From: a virus
Lineage: Duplodnaviria; Heunggongvirae; Uroviricota; Caudoviricetes
Reading direction: 5' to 3' (one strand)
Length of the DNA: 64,000 bases
IMG/VR virus record: IMGVR_UViG_2693429768_000001
Coordinates: 12,099 to 76,098 of that record
Numbering within the stretch: the first letter of the stretch is position 1; each line of letters begins with the position of its first letter. The translations under genes were made by a program, and so were the position numbers. The notes under the pieces were generated by a model. That model worked only from the letters and a program-made list of their open reading frames with translations, did not search any database and was not told the DNA's origin. Positions 42,178 through 52,953 of this stretch are shown piece after piece.

Positions 42178-42309
42178 ATGTCAAAAATGCCCAAAATAGA
42201 TGTTTTTATTTTCTCAGCAATTGTTGGCTTTGGTTTTACTGCTGGAGTGCAGTTTTGTATTGCGTGGGGAAAAATTATCAACTACCTATGGAGTTGTTTT
42301 ATTCAGTGA
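42178..42309 (+). CDS. Small hydrophobic peptide (43 aa)
   Basis: MSKMPKIDVFIFSAIVGFGFTAGVQFCIAWGKIINYLWSCFIQ; weak SD. Confidence 0.2.
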   Translation: MSKMPKIDVFIFSAIVGFGFTAGVQFCIAWGKIINYLWSCFIQ

Positions 42310-42316
42310 GGTAAGT

Positions 42317-42610
42317 ATGTGGAGAGGTAATAGTCATGGCAGAAGCCAGATGATACTTACCGAATATAAGCTAGACCACAAAACCAATAAATCACGTTCA
42401 GTATATTTGCTCCGGCACAATAGCCGCGTAAGGAATACCGTGCTGGAGCAAAACCTGACCGTTGAAATGGATAATTTTGGGAACTTCAAGCCAACAATTG
42501 CGCTTGATGATTTCCCGCGTGGTTTAAGCGAAAGAGAAGCAATGCTGAAATTAGCAGAATGGCTACAAAGATTAAGCATTGCTATTGAAGATAACTGGTC
42601 TGAACCTTAA
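42317..42610 (+). CDS. Hypothetical protein (97 aa)
   Basis: ORF with SD TGAGGTAAG. Confidence 0.35.
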   Translation: MWRGNSHGRSQMILTEYKLDHKTNKSRSVYLLRHNSRVRNTVLEQNLTVEMDNFGNFKPTIALDDFPRGLSEREAMLKLAEWLQRLSIAIEDNWSEP

Positions 42611-42616
42611 ATTTAT

Positions 42617-42991
42617 ATGATGACACTAAAACATTTTCTTGACCGCCCATTATGGGCGGCAGCCGCAGGCTATGACTTTAATTATATGGATTGCATGTCT
42701 TATACCGCCAATGCATACGACTATTCCTTCAGTCTGCTGCTTAATTCTTTAAGAATATTGCCGCAAACAGAAGTTGGAGAGCTTCATTTATGGCTATTGG
42801 GCTTTATCGCGGCTGGAGTTGGTATTGCTGTATGGCCTTTTATTTTCTGGCTGGTGGCTGTTGTAGTGTGGTTTAAGTGCAAGACGTACCGGAGAAAGTA
42901 TTTCTTAGGTGATGGAATGACTGATATTGCCAAAATGAACATTGAAAAATGGACTAAGGAATGTGAAAAGAAATGGCGCAAAAAGAAATGA
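42617..42991 (+). CDS. Hypothetical membrane protein (124 aa)
   Basis: Two predicted TM helices (LWLLGFIAAGVGIAVWPFIFWLVAVVVWF). Confidence 0.35.
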   Translation: MMTLKHFLDRPLWAAAAGYDFNYMDCMSYTANAYDYSFSLLLNSLRILPQTEVGELHLWLLGFIAAGVGIAVWPFIFWLVAVVVWFKCKTYRRKYFLGDGMTDIAKMNIEKWTKECEKKWRKKK

Positions 42992-43905
42992 CCAGAATCA
43001 CTGAAGAGCGTATATCAGAGATTATTTCCCGTATCGAAATGTATGGTCACGGTGCTGGATATACGGCAGATGAAGTATTGGCACTTGCCCAAATGGCTTT
43101 GGCGGCTTGCAAAGATGATAAAAAAATGAAGTTTATCGACTTGTTAGTGAAGGAACTGCCTAAGTGCGGCGGGTGGCCTGATGGAATGAGTTATTGTTAC
43201 CTACCCAGTGTCAATTTAATGGCACCATGCGCGACTTTTGCTTTTGGCTCAGACCACAAAAAAGACACTTTCTTTGGGCGCAATTTTTGTTGTGAGATTG
43301 AGCTTCCAATTGGTGACCTTGATAGCGATGAATACCAGTCAGTTGTCACTCGCGAACAATACGAATCAGCTCTCATAGCGTCGCAGAAAGTCGAGTTCAA
43401 TGGTGATGAACTTGAAAGTAAGACTTACAGGTTGGATTTTGGGCAATGGCTGGAACAGCAACGCGGGAAAATCGATGTGGACTGTGGTTGTGTGTCCACT
43501 GAAACATTCATGCACTGGCTGCGGGTAGCTTACGAGGCTGGCAACTATCCGGATATTCCGGATAGTTCGGTGCCAGCACCAGGAAAGGGCGTCACCGGTG
43601 AACGTATCCGAATTAAGCCGCATGTTTATCGCGAACTGGTTAACCGTCTCCACGATACAGCGATCAAGTGTGCTGGCACCCAGCAATTACGAGAAAGAAT
43701 TAGCCGTGTTTTGGGCGACGTTATTACACCAGATCATCATACACAAGCCGAGAAAAGTGGCCTGGAAAGGTGTCACCTTGAGGCGGCATTAAACATTAAG
43801 CCGGGGCATACGCTTGGCATTATTGATGCACTATTGGTTCATAAGATGGCCAGGGCTTTATTGCCGCTGGTGGATGCTGGCGATACAAGCGAGGGTGAAG
43901 TATGA
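42973..43905 (+). CDS. Hypothetical protein (310 aa)
   Basis: ORF only. Confidence 0.35.
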   Translation: MAQKEMTRITEERISEIISRIEMYGHGAGYTADEVLALAQMALAACKDDKKMKFIDLLVKELPKCGGWPDGMSYCYLPSVNLMAPCATFAFGSDHKKDTFFGRNFCCEIELPIGDLDSDEYQSVVTREQYESALIASQKVEFNGDELESKTYRLDFGQWLEQQRGKIDVDCGCVSTETFMHWLRVAYEAGNYPDIPDSSVPAPGKGVTGERIRIKPHVYRELVNRLHDTAIKCAGTQQLRERISRVLGDVITPDHHTQAEKSGLERCHLEAALNIKPGHTLGIIDALLVHKMARALLPLVDAGDTSEGEV

Positions 43906-44264
43906 GAGTTGCAGATCACATCAAACACCTTGAAAGAATTATCGAAAACGGTGAACTCTTAAGAGATCAGATGAGACGCACGGCAGAAGTCAGAGAGGCG
44001 ATAATCCGCAGTCAGGCTGGTAAATTAAAGCAATTATCAGAGATTAACGCGCTATACAAGAACAGACGTAACCGGGCGGCGCTGCGGCTTCAGAAAGCAC
44101 GTAATGAAATTAAATTGGTGGAGGCAAAACTGAAAAAACAGATTCAGCGTTACGATCAGCAAGATGCTTTTTATGCCGCCATCAAGGCGGCTGCTAATGA
44201 AATAGGCATCTGGAAGTTGCTGGTGGAGAAAGCAAAGACGAAGTTAAATGCCAACGAAAGCTGA
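43902..44264 (+). CDS. Hypothetical coiled-coil protein (120 aa)
   Basis: ORF only. Confidence 0.3.
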   Translation: MRVADHIKHLERIIENGELLRDQMRRTAEVREAIIRSQAGKLKQLSEINALYKNRRNRAALRLQKARNEIKLVEAKLKKQIQRYDQQDAFYAAIKAAANEIGIWKLLVEKAKTKLNANES

Positions 44265-44338
44265 ACTACAGGTACCCACCAGCACATACAGAAAATGATT
44301 GTTTCCACATCAAGGAGATTTTAATGTTTCACTGAACA

Positions 44339-44476
44339 TTAAGTAAGCCAGTGCATAATTCCATTTTTTACTGACCTTAAAAGCAAAATCAAAACGATGA
44401 TGAGGATGATCGCCAGAATCTGGCTAATAACAGGCGCATCTAAAAATGCACTCAGGAACTGAAAAAAAGCAGTCAT
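44339..44476 (-). CDS. Small hydrophobic protein (45 aa) in an otherwise ORF-poor stretch
   Basis: MTAFFQFLSAFLDAPVISQILAIILIIVLILLLRSVKNGIMHWLT; SD AAGGA. Confidence 0.25.
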   Translation of the reverse strand: MTAFFQFLSAFLDAPVISQILAIILIIVLILLLRSVKNGIMHWLT

Positions 44477-44913
44477 TAAGGTGGTTCCTTGTCAAATGTA
44501 AAGGAGCACTTGCTCACGTTGACGTAGAAACCCAACCCCTATATAGTTGGATTCGGTGAAAGAAAGTCGTTAACGTGAGCTTACGGCACATGTTTTCGGA
44601 ACAACATCAGGGAACGGCTAATTCCTTGATGCGGATGGGGTCTGTAATGCAGACCCTATCTATTAACGTCATGATTGCATCTCAAATTTTCTCCTTATCT
44701 TCATTAATCAAAATTCATTTCATTTGTGAAACATCACAATATTTAGAAAATGGCCCTCTTGCAAGTGCATAACTTTGTGGATAAATCAGGAAGAAAAAAG
44801 TTGATTCTGCGCACGGCAAGGCAGATAAGCTGTGCACAAAAATCAATGGGAAAAGAAAAAAAATTAAAAGTTACTTTGCTGGTTAAATAATAGTCGTTAC
44901 GCAATTGTTCTGG

Positions 44914-45177
44914 ATGGGATTTGATATGCACGATTGGAATATTGCAGCTAAAAGTCAGGAAGAACGGGATAAGGTTAACGTTGATCTGGCTGCCAGCGGT
45001 GTGGCGTACAAAGAGCGATTGAACATACCTGTCATAGCTGAACAGGTAGCCCGCGAGCAACCAGAGAATCTGCGCACCTATTTCATGGAACGGTTACGGC
45101 ACTATCGGCAGTTAAGCCTCCAGTTGCCAAAAGGGAGCGATCCGGTGTATCAGAACGAGGATGCACCAAAAAAATAA
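44914..45177 (+). CDS. hot: Hot, homolog of DNA polymerase III theta subunit (HolE)
   Basis: [43 protein letters not shown] closely parallels recalled E. coli theta; start codon uncertain. Confidence 0.75.
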   Translation: MGFDMHDWNIAAKSQEERDKVNVDLAASGVAYKERLNIPVIAEQVAREQPENLRTYFMERLRHYRQLSLQLPKGSDPVYQNEDAPKK

Positions 45178-45262
45178 CGGCAAGATGGGGGAGAAATGTG
45201 ATTAGCCCCCAGCGTGGCGCGCCTACAAACCCCGCTTTCACAAACTATGCCTTTTCAATGTA

Positions 45263-45282
45263 TACTGTATGAATAAACAGTA
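45263..45282 (+). promoter_or_regulatory. LexA (SOS) box upstream of humD
   Basis: tactgtatgaataaacagta = CTGT-N8-ACAG, 19 bp upstream of humD start. Confidence 0.6.
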
Positions 45283-45300
45283 TCATTGAGGTAAAACGCT

Positions 45301-45690
45301 ATGGGCTTCCCTTCTCCTGCGGCGGATTATGTTGAAAGCCGAATTTCTCTTGATCAGCAGATAATTAGACATCCTTCAGCGACCTACTTCATGCGGGCAG
45401 CTGATAGCCATCACCGTGAGGGAATATTGCAGGGTGCTTTGCTGGTGGTTGATTCCTCGCTTACTCCGGTTGATGGTTCTCTGCTTGTGTGCGCTATGGA
45501 GGGTGAATATCGCATAAAGAGATACAGGAAGTATCCGCGCCAGCACCTGGAGGATTTAAGCACCGGGAAGAAAGAGGCGTTACCAGTAGATGACGATGGA
45601 TACACGGGCAGTAATGCTGTTTTTGGTGTGATCACTCATGTCATCAATGATGCCCGAAGTGGGGAATTTGATGATTGTCCGGTTATTTAA
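45301..45690 (+). CDS. humD: HumD, UmuD' homolog (129 aa)
   Basis: UmuD-like C-terminal peptidase fold region; LexA box upstream; P1 synteny before phd-doc. Confidence 0.85.
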   Translation: MGFPSPAADYVESRISLDQQIIRHPSATYFMRAADSHHREGILQGALLVVDSSLTPVDGSLLVCAMEGEYRIKRYRKYPRQHLEDLSTGKKEALPVDDDGYTGSNAVFGVITHVINDARSGEFDDCPVI

Positions 45691-45762
45691 GCTGCAAAGT
45701 GCTGGTGCTTTATGCCTGTGAAGTTTATAATTGTGTACACATAACGAGTACACGAGGTGTTT

Positions 45763-45984
45763 ATGCAATCCATTAACTTCCGTACCGCGCGTGGCAACCT
45801 TTCTGAAGTGCTCAACAATGTTGAAGCCGGGGAAGAGGTTGAAATCACCCGCAGAGGCCGTGAGCCAGCAGTAATTGTCAGCAAGGCTACTTTCGAAGCC
45901 TACAAAAAAGCGGCGCTGGATGCTGAATTTGCATCCCTGTTTGACACCCTGGACTCCACCAACAAGGAACTGGTTAACCGATAA
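45763..45984 (+). CDS. phd: Phd antitoxin (73 aa)
   Basis: Sequence recognised ([39 protein letters not shown]...); GTGTACAC-type palindromes upstream. Confidence 0.9.
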
Positions 45985-46364
45985 TGAGGCATATATCACC
46001 GGAAGAACTTATTGCGCTTCATGATGCGAATATAAGCCGCTACGGCGGCCTGCCGGGAATGTCTGATCCGGGTAGGGCAGAGGCCATTATCGGGAGAGTT
46101 CAGGCCAGAGTTGCCTACGAAGAGATCACCGACCTTTTCGAAGTCTCCGCCACCTACCTGGTGGCTACAGCGAGAGGGCATATATTCAATGATGCCAATA
46201 AGCGTACCGCGCTAAACAGTGCGCTGCTATTTCTACGCCGTAACGGGGTGCAGGTATTTGATTCACCTGAACTGGCAGACCTTACCGTAGGCGCTGCGAC
46301 TGGCGAGATATCTGTATCTTCTGTCGCCGACACGTTACGTAGATTGTATGGTTCTGCGGAGTAG
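45984..46364 (+). CDS. doc: Doc toxin (Fic-fold kinase), 126 aa
   Basis: Sequence recognised; Fic motif [11 protein letters not shown]; ATGA overlap with phd stop. Confidence 0.95.
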
Positions 46365-46368
46365 ATTA

Positions 46369-46548
46369 ATGGCACGCAAATACAACAAATTGTCCCGTGA
46401 AGCGTTAAAGATGCTTCTTGATGGCGTGAGTCGCCGCAAGGTAAAGCAATACCTGGTTGGTAAGCAAATTGGAGTCAGGACCGCTATTGCTGTGTTATGC
46501 CGTCAGGAAATGGTTGTGCTTAAACAGAGAATGCCGGGCAGCAGATAA
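46369..46548 (+). CDS. Small basic protein downstream of doc (P1 pdcB position)
   Basis: ORF with SD GGAG. Confidence 0.3.
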   Translation: MARKYNKLSREALKMLLDGVSRRKVKQYLVGKQIGVRTAIAVLCRQEMVVLKQRMPGSR

Positions 46549-46575
46549 AGCCCAATCAGTGATTAAAGGTGTGAT

Positions 46576-47619
46576 GTGAAAGCCGTAATTACTCCATTTG
46601 TACAGAAAGAGCTTGGCCTCGCCACGTTCAAAGTGGATCAGGAGGTCAGAAAGCTGGTGGAGGCTGGCCGTAAATTTATTATGGAGCCGGTGCCGCGTGA
46701 GTTAATCGAGCACATGGAAGACGGCCTCGTTGTTACCGAGCAAACCATGGCAACAAATGAGGCGTTGCAGCCGTTTTTTAACAGCGATGAACTGTTTCGC
46801 CGTATTGGTGGAATTGACGCGCTGGTGGCGTGGTTGCGTAGGAAAGAGGGTCAATGCCAGGCCGCAGATCGTAGTTGGTGTGACAACCATATTGTCCACG
46901 CTGAACGAGACAATAGCGCGGTGTTGTTGTGCTGGCATCACGATAACCATTACCGGATGCGTGGTTTTAATGAGCTGAAAGAAACGCTGCACAATAATCG
47001 CGTTAACTGGATACTGGATGTCGCCCGTCAGGAAATGGGCCTTTCAAATAGCCATGATTTAAGTATTCAGGAGCTGTGCTGGTGGGCTTTCATGCGCAAC
47101 ATGATGCACCTGATGCCGGAAGAAGTCTGCCGCATATCAATAAATAAGATGAAGGCTACTCCGCAGGATAGCGGACCTCTGAAAGAGGCGGATATTCGCC
47201 CGTATGACGATCGCGCTACAGCATATGTTCAGATGATGGAAGAACGCGCCGCGCCGATGCGTGCAAAAGTATGCCCTGTGGATGTTGACTCCGACCCTGG
47301 CATGGCGCATTTCAAAATACCAAAACTGCAATCGCTAAAATTACCTGAGTACATGGACTTTGTTGCTTCCCGTCCATGCTGTGGGTGTGGAGCTGCGGGA
47401 GCTGGCGCTCACATTACGCCTTATATCGTTCGTCATAGTCGATTATGCGCACATGACATTTACGCAATTCCTCTGTGCCAGTCATGCCAGCGTGATATTG
47501 AGCGTGACCGCGATAATTGGGAGAAGACGCACGGTAGGTTGGCGATGCATCAACGATTGTTCTTTGATTACGCGCTTGGAGTGGGCGTTATCACAAGTCA
47601 TTCGTCGAGTGTTAGATAA
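46576..47619 (+). CDS. Hypothetical protein downstream of doc (P1 pdcA position), 347 aa, GTG start
   Basis: ORF; C-terminal Cys cluster CCGCG...CQSCQ. Confidence 0.45.
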   Translation: MKAVITPFVQKELGLATFKVDQEVRKLVEAGRKFIMEPVPRELIEHMEDGLVVTEQTMATNEALQPFFNSDELFRRIGGIDALVAWLRRKEGQCQAADRSWCDNHIVHAERDNSAVLLCWHHDNHYRMRGFNELKETLHNNRVNWILDVARQEMGLSNSHDLSIQELCWWAFMRNMMHLMPEEVCRISINKMKATPQDSGPLKEADIRPYDDRATAYVQMMEERAAPMRAKVCPVDVDSDPGMAHFKIPKLQSLKLPEYMDFVASRPCCGCGAAGAGAHITPYIVRHSRLCAHDIYAIPLCQSCQRDIERDRDNWEKTHGRLAMHQRLFFDYALGVGVITSHSSSVR

Positions 47620-47707
47620 AATTGCTCTAATGTATTGCTATTTCTTTAATCGAGGGTATTATATTCCACGTTGATTAGTTGACATGGGCTAATCAGTAGG
47701 TGACAGG

Positions 47708-48160
47708 ATGTTACTTAACTGGCAGGGACGCCACTTCATGGAAATAAATCACTCACGAATAACATCGTACGAGATTGCGGATTACATGATCCGCACTAAA
47801 TCTCTTCTATCAGCGAAAGAACTCGCAGCAATTCTTGAAAAGGAATACCCGCATCTGGATGTCGATAAGCGCGATGTTTATCTGCGCTTAAAGGCTATCG
47901 CTGTGTCTAAGTATTCGTCTGTTTTGATAGATGACAGTACACGCCCACGTAGATTTCAGATCCACTCTCTGAATCCTGAATTCTTTCGCCGTAGCCGCGC
48001 TCCGCGCCGGTTTGATGAAAAACTCCAGAACGAACTCTATATGACGCAGGACGAAAAGGAACGCCGGGAGCACCAGCCTTGGGTAATGGCGCGTCAACTT
48101 TTCAATAAGGTGGCCCGTCAGCACCGTCATTACGGTAATGCCACATCCGCACGTATCTGA
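47708..48160 (+). CDS. lpa: Lpa late promoter activator (gp10), 150 aa
   Basis: Size and position immediately upstream of pacA as in P1. Confidence 0.6.
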   Translation: MLLNWQGRHFMEINHSRITSYEIADYMIRTKSLLSAKELAAILEKEYPHLDVDKRDVYLRLKAIAVSKYSSVLIDDSTRPRRFQIHSLNPEFFRRSRAPRRFDEKLQNELYMTQDEKERREHQPWVMARQLFNKVARQHRHYGNATSARI

Positions 48161-48245
48161 TTGATTGCTTGCCCGTTCCGGGCCTTTTGACATGTGACTT
48201 TCGTTACCCTCGCGTCAAAAAGAGTTTTTACGAAAGGAAGCATAA

Positions 48246-49439
48246 GTGACCTGGGACGATCACAAGAAGAATTTTGCTCGCCTGGCGCGAGATGGTGGTT
48301 ACACCATCGCACAGTATGCCGCCGAGTTTAATCTTAACCCTAATACCGCACGTCGTTATCTCCGTGCCTTCAAAGAAGACACCAGGACTACGGACAGCCG
48401 CAAGCCAAATAAGCCAGTCAGGAAGCCACTAAAAAGCATGATCATTGATCACTCTAATGATCAACATGCAGGTGATCACGTTTCGGCTGAAATAGCGGAA
48501 AAACAAAGAGTTAATGCCGTTGTCAGTGCCGCAGTCGAGAATGCGAAGCGCCAAAATAAGCGCATAAATGATCGTTCAGATGATCATGACGTGATCACCC
48601 GCGCCCACCGGACCTTACGTGATCGCCTGGAACGCGACACCCTGGATGATGATGGTGAACGCTTTGAATTCGAAGCTGGCGATTACCTGATAGATAACGT
48701 TGAAGCGCGGAAGGCCGCGCGCGCTATGTTGCGTCGGTCCGGGGCCGATGTTCTGGAAACCACTCTTCTGGAAAAGTCTCTTTCTCATCTCCTTATGCTG
48801 GAGAACGCCAGGGATACGTGTATTCGCCTGGTGCAGGAAATGCGCGATCAGCAAAAAGACGATGATGAAGGTACTCCGCCTGAATACCGTATCGCGAGCA
48901 TGCTAAACAGCTGTTCCGCGCAGATAAGCAGCCTGATCAACACCATTTACAGCATCCGGAATAACTATCGAAAAGAAAGCCGGGAGGCGGAAAAGCACGC
49001 TTTATCTATGGGGCAAGCTGGCATTGTTAAGCTGGCATACGAACGAAAGCGTGAAAATAACTGGTCAGTGCTGGAAGCGGCTGAATTCATCGAGGCGCAT
49101 GGAGGAAAAGTGCCTCCCCTGATGCTGGAGCAAATCAAAGCCGATCTGCGTGCTCCTAAGACCAATACCGATGATGAGGAAAACCAAACAGCATCTGGCG
49201 CTCCATCACTTGAAGATCTGGATAAAATCGCGCGAGAACGGGCCGCCAGCCGCCGCGCTGATGCGGCATTGTGGATTGAGCATCGTAGAGAAGAAATTGC
49301 CGATATCGTCGATACAGGTGGTTATGGTGATGTCGATGCGGAAGGCATATCAAACGAAGCATGGCTTGAACAGGATCTGGACGAAGACGAGGAGGAAGAC
49401 GAAGAAGTTACCCGCAAACTGTACGGGGATGATGATTAA
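48246..49439 (+). CDS. pacA: PacA terminase small subunit (397 aa, GTG start); contains the pac site
   Basis: Length, acidic C-terminus, pac hexamer repeats inside the gene, P1 synteny. Confidence 0.85.
48439..48597 (+). other. pac packaging site: four TGATCA/TGATCAC hexamers (48439-48478) and three TGATCG/TGATCA hexamers (48569-48597)
   Basis: Hexamer clusters read directly; 4+3 organisation over about 160 bp matches P1 pac. Confidence 0.75.
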
Positions 49440-50923
49440 TGGCCAGAAGTTGCGTAACGGACCCACGTTGGCGCGAGCTGGTGGCGCTATATCGTTATGA
49501 CTGGATTGCGGCCGCTGATGTGTTGTTTGGGAAGACACCAACCTGGCAGCAGGATGAGATCATTGAGTCCACGCAGCAGGACGGCAGTTGGACAAGTGTG
49601 ACCTCCGGCCATGGTACTGGTAAATCGGATATGACGAGTATCATTGCAATACTCTTCATCATGTTTTTCCCCGGCGCTCGCGTCATTCTGGTCGCTAACA
49701 AAAGACAGCAAGTCCTTGATGGTATTTTCAAATACATAAAGAGCAATTGGGCTACTGCTGTTAGCAGATTCCCGTGGTTGTCGAAGTATTTCATTCTTAC
49801 AGAAACGTCTTTTTTTGAGGTGACTGGCAAGGGTGTTTGGACAATATTGATAAAGTCCTGTCGCCCCGGAAATGAGGAGGCGTTGGCTGGTGAACACGCC
49901 GATCATCTCTTGTATATCATCGACGAAGCGTCGGGTGTGAGTGATAAAGCATTCAGTGTGATAACAGGTGCGCTGACCGGTAAGGATAACCGTATTCTGC
50001 TTCTTTCCCAGCCTACGCGACCTTCAGGCTATTTCTACGATTCACACCACAGACTAGCTATTCGCCCGGGAAATCCTGATGGATTGTTTACTGCGATAAT
50101 ACTGAATAGTGAAGAATCTCCGCTTGTAGATGCAAAATTTATACGAGCAAAACTTGCGGAGTATGGCGGTCGTGATAACCCCATGTACATGATCAAAGTA
50201 CGTGGTGAATTTCCCAAATCTCAAGATGGCTTTCTTCTTGGTCGTGATGAGGTTGAGCGGGCGACGCGGCGAAAGGTCAAGATTGCCAAAGGATGGGGCT
50301 GGGTTGCATGTGTTGACGTTGCTGGTGGCACAGGACGAGATAAGTCCGTTATTAATATCATGATGGTGTCCGGCCAGCGAAATAAACGCCGTGTAATCAA
50401 CTATCGTATGCTGGAATACACAGACGTTACAGAAACGCAGTTAGCCGCCAAGATTTTCGCAGAATGTAACCCAGAACGGTTCCCGAACATAACCATAGCT
50501 ATTGATGGCGATGGCTTGGGGAAATCGACGGCTGATCTAATGTACGAACGCTATGGCATTACCGTCCAGCGTATCCGCTGGGGTAAAAAGATGCACAGCC
50601 GTGAAGATAAAAGCCTTTATTTCGATATGCGCGCTTTCGCGAATATTCAGGCGGCAGAAGCTGTAAAATCAGGGCGTATGAGGCTTGATAAGGGGGCTGC
50701 GACTATAGAGGAAGCATCAAAGATACCGGTAGGGATAAATTCCGCAGGTCAATGGAAGGTGATGTCAAAGGAAGATATGAAGAAAAAACTCAACCTGCAC
50801 TCACCGGACCATTGGGATACATATTGTTTCGCTATGTTGGCGAACTATGTTCCCCAAGATGAAGTGCTTAGCGTCGAAGACGAAGCGCAGGTTGATGAAG
50901 CTCTGGCATGGCTTAATGAATAA
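49439..50923 (+). CDS. pacB: PacB terminase large subunit (494 aa)
   Basis: Walker A-like GHGTGKS; length and synteny. Confidence 0.9.
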
Positions 50924-50948
50924 CAATTTGACCATGCCGGATGGAAAA

Positions 50949-51800
50949 CTATTGCGCGCTTTCGGGGTTGCTGTTTACTGGCTGCCCCTTCTTAGTTTTA
51001 CGGCTGCGCGTAACTGATGCGGCTGATTTGACCTTTTTCTCTTCGCGAGTGATGGCAATTTGTTTTTTTACATTTTCAATATCTGCCAGGCGATATATTT
51101 TTGCCTGCGGCCAGCGGTCGCAGATGATCGGTTCTATAGAGTCATAAAGGCTAAATTTTGCTTTCTCGAATTCACCGTTGATGATGATTCCATCACGGAG
51201 AGTTTCATCGCAGATAAACACACCACACAGCGGCACATGGTAACTAACTGATTTACCATCATTGTAGTTAGGGCTACTGGAAATGTAATGGACGCGCAGC
51301 ATTGTTTCGCTAAAGCCGTGTACACGCATACGGAATTTTTCATCCTCCGGGTACTGCTTCATTAGCTCTTTTGTTGCTTCCAGGTTCTCTATGTATTTCG
51401 CACTGTGCTCATTGATCCCCGCGCTTTTCTGGATGCGAATGTCCTTATCAATCAGATGAATAATGCGGCCAGCGGTCATGTTGACGCTGTTCACAGCTTC
51501 TGTCTGATAAGTAGTAACCTTACGCACACCGCGAAGGATGTTAGGCACTGGATATAAAATAGTCTTTGGGATATTGAGGTCTGGGTACTGTTCCAGTTCC
51601 CGCGCCATTAAAGTCCATTTATCAATTTCAGCCTGAATGCTGTCCGTTTCTTTGAACGGCAGAACGACAACCGGGCGAACAGGACGACCGTCGCTGGCGG
51701 CATCAACGTGTTGGGCGCGTGCAACAGCTTTTTTTAGAAAGAGATCCCTGAAGCTGACGAACTCCTGGTACAGTTGTTCGCCGTAGACATAATTTATCAT
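50949..51800 (-). CDS. c1: C1 repressor of lysis (283 aa)
   Basis: Sequence recognised (MINYVYGEQLYQEF...); many C1 operator 17-mers across the window. Confidence 0.9.
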   Translation of the reverse strand: MINYVYGEQLYQEFVSFRDLFLKKAVARAQHVDAASDGRPVRPVVVLPFKETDSIQAEIDKWTLMARELEQYPDLNIPKTILYPVPNILRGVRKVTTYQTEAVNSVNMTAGRIIHLIDKDIRIQKSAGINEHSAKYIENLEATKELMKQYPEDEKFRMRVHGFSETMLRVHYISSSPNYNDGKSVSYHVPLCGVFICDETLRDGIIINGEFEKAKFSLYDSIEPIICDRWPQAKIYRLADIENVKKQIAITREEKKVKSAASVTRSRKTKKGQPVNSNPESAQ

Positions 51801-51894
51801 TGATCCTCCTCCAGAATTGACATGGCCAACAACTCACAGCGGATTACACTGGGAGTTGTTGGCCACCATTATAGAAGGATCCAACGAAAATAAT

Positions 51895-51911
51895 AGATTT
51901 ATTAGTGCATT
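51895..51911 (-). promoter_or_regulatory. C1 operator-like 17-mer between coi and c1
   Basis: agatttattagtgcatt, 14/17 to reverse complement of consensus. Confidence 0.4.
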
Positions 51912-52120
51912 TATTGTGAGTCTGGCTGGTTAGTGGCCATGAGATATTCGATTGTGTCAGTGAGATCATCCAGGTCGTCTTGGGTGATGCGGTACTCCTG
52001 ATTGGATATCTTTGAGTAGTGTTCAGCAATGGCGCGGGCAGCGTCGGTTTCGGCGGGGTCTACAGATAAAGCGTTAGAGCAATGTCTAACGTCGTCGATG
52101 GTTGGTGGAATGAAAGCCAT
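51911..52120 (-). CDS. coi: Coi, C1 inactivator (69 aa)
   Basis: Size and position directly upstream of c1 on the same strand. Confidence 0.7.
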   Translation of the reverse strand: MAFIPPTIDDVRHCSNALSVDPAETDAARAIAEHYSKISNQEYRITQDDLDDLTDTIEYLMATNQPDSQ

Positions 52121-52359
52121 AATTATGCCTCACTGTATTGACAACACAGAGCCTGAAGCTCTGACCTACTGTTTCACCCATGATCCATGCTGGGGTAATC
52201 TAACAACATTGCGCTGTGTGTAAGATGAGCAATGCATAGCTGTAATGCCGTTGTATAAGGTTTCCCTGTTTGCTCATTTCCTTCTGAGCCGCTCTACAAC
52301 GCTGAAGACACATTAAATAGTGAATCCAAAGTCGTATTACGAAACGGCGGCAAAACTAT

Positions 52360-52376
52360 AATTTATTAGAGCAATT
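52360..52376 (-). promoter_or_regulatory. C1 operator-like 17-mer
   Basis: taatttattagagcaat, 16/17 to reverse complement of consensus. Confidence 0.5.
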
Positions 52377-52442
52377 GTCAAACAACTATGAAAAACAATC
52401 CAGTTTTTGGCTGGTGGAGTGGGATTTTTCTCTCAAAATTTA

Positions 52443-52459
52443 TTGCTCTAATAATTCTT
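52443..52459 (+). promoter_or_regulatory. C1 operator-like 17-mer adjacent to loxP
   Basis: attgctctaataattct, 15/17. Confidence 0.5.
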
Positions 52460-52500
52460 GATTTTTATGCGCAGCTGGACGTAAACTCCTCTTCAGACCT

Positions 52501-52534
52501 AATAACTTCGTATAGCATACATTATACGAAGTTA
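52501..52534 (+). other. loxP site (13-bp inverted repeats flanking 8-bp spacer)
   Basis: Exact ataacttcgtatagcatacattatacgaagttat. Confidence 0.98.
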
Positions 52535-52953
52535 TCTTAAGGGTTATTGAACATGATCAATTTACCTGTAAATCCATACAGTTCAATACCTTATCAGGTC
52601 AAATAGTGATCACTTGATCATTTGATCAAGGTTGCGCTACGTAAAATCTGTGAAATGTTGGCAGTGTTAGTGCTCCAGATTTCGCGTAGCGCACTTAGCA
52701 CCACCAATCAATCAGAGGTGAAAAATGGGATATTCAGCTGCTAAAGTGTCCACTCATATTGAGCTTGAGAAAAACCGTGGTTACTGGCGGGCAAAAGGGT
52801 TTGATCGTGATAGTTGTCAACTGTCATTATCGCGCGGTGAAGAGAAAATAGAACGCACGCGCGGTCGCTGGCGTTTCTATGACGAGAACCATAAACAGGT
52901 AAAGGCAGAGCCGATCCTGTACACTTTACTTAAAACCATTATCTGAGTGTTAA

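Noticed and set aside
52725-52946. 73-aa ORF between loxP and cre
   Set aside because: Lies in the expected cre promoter region, has no clear SD and no recognisable features; probably not a real gene, though translation cannot be excluded.
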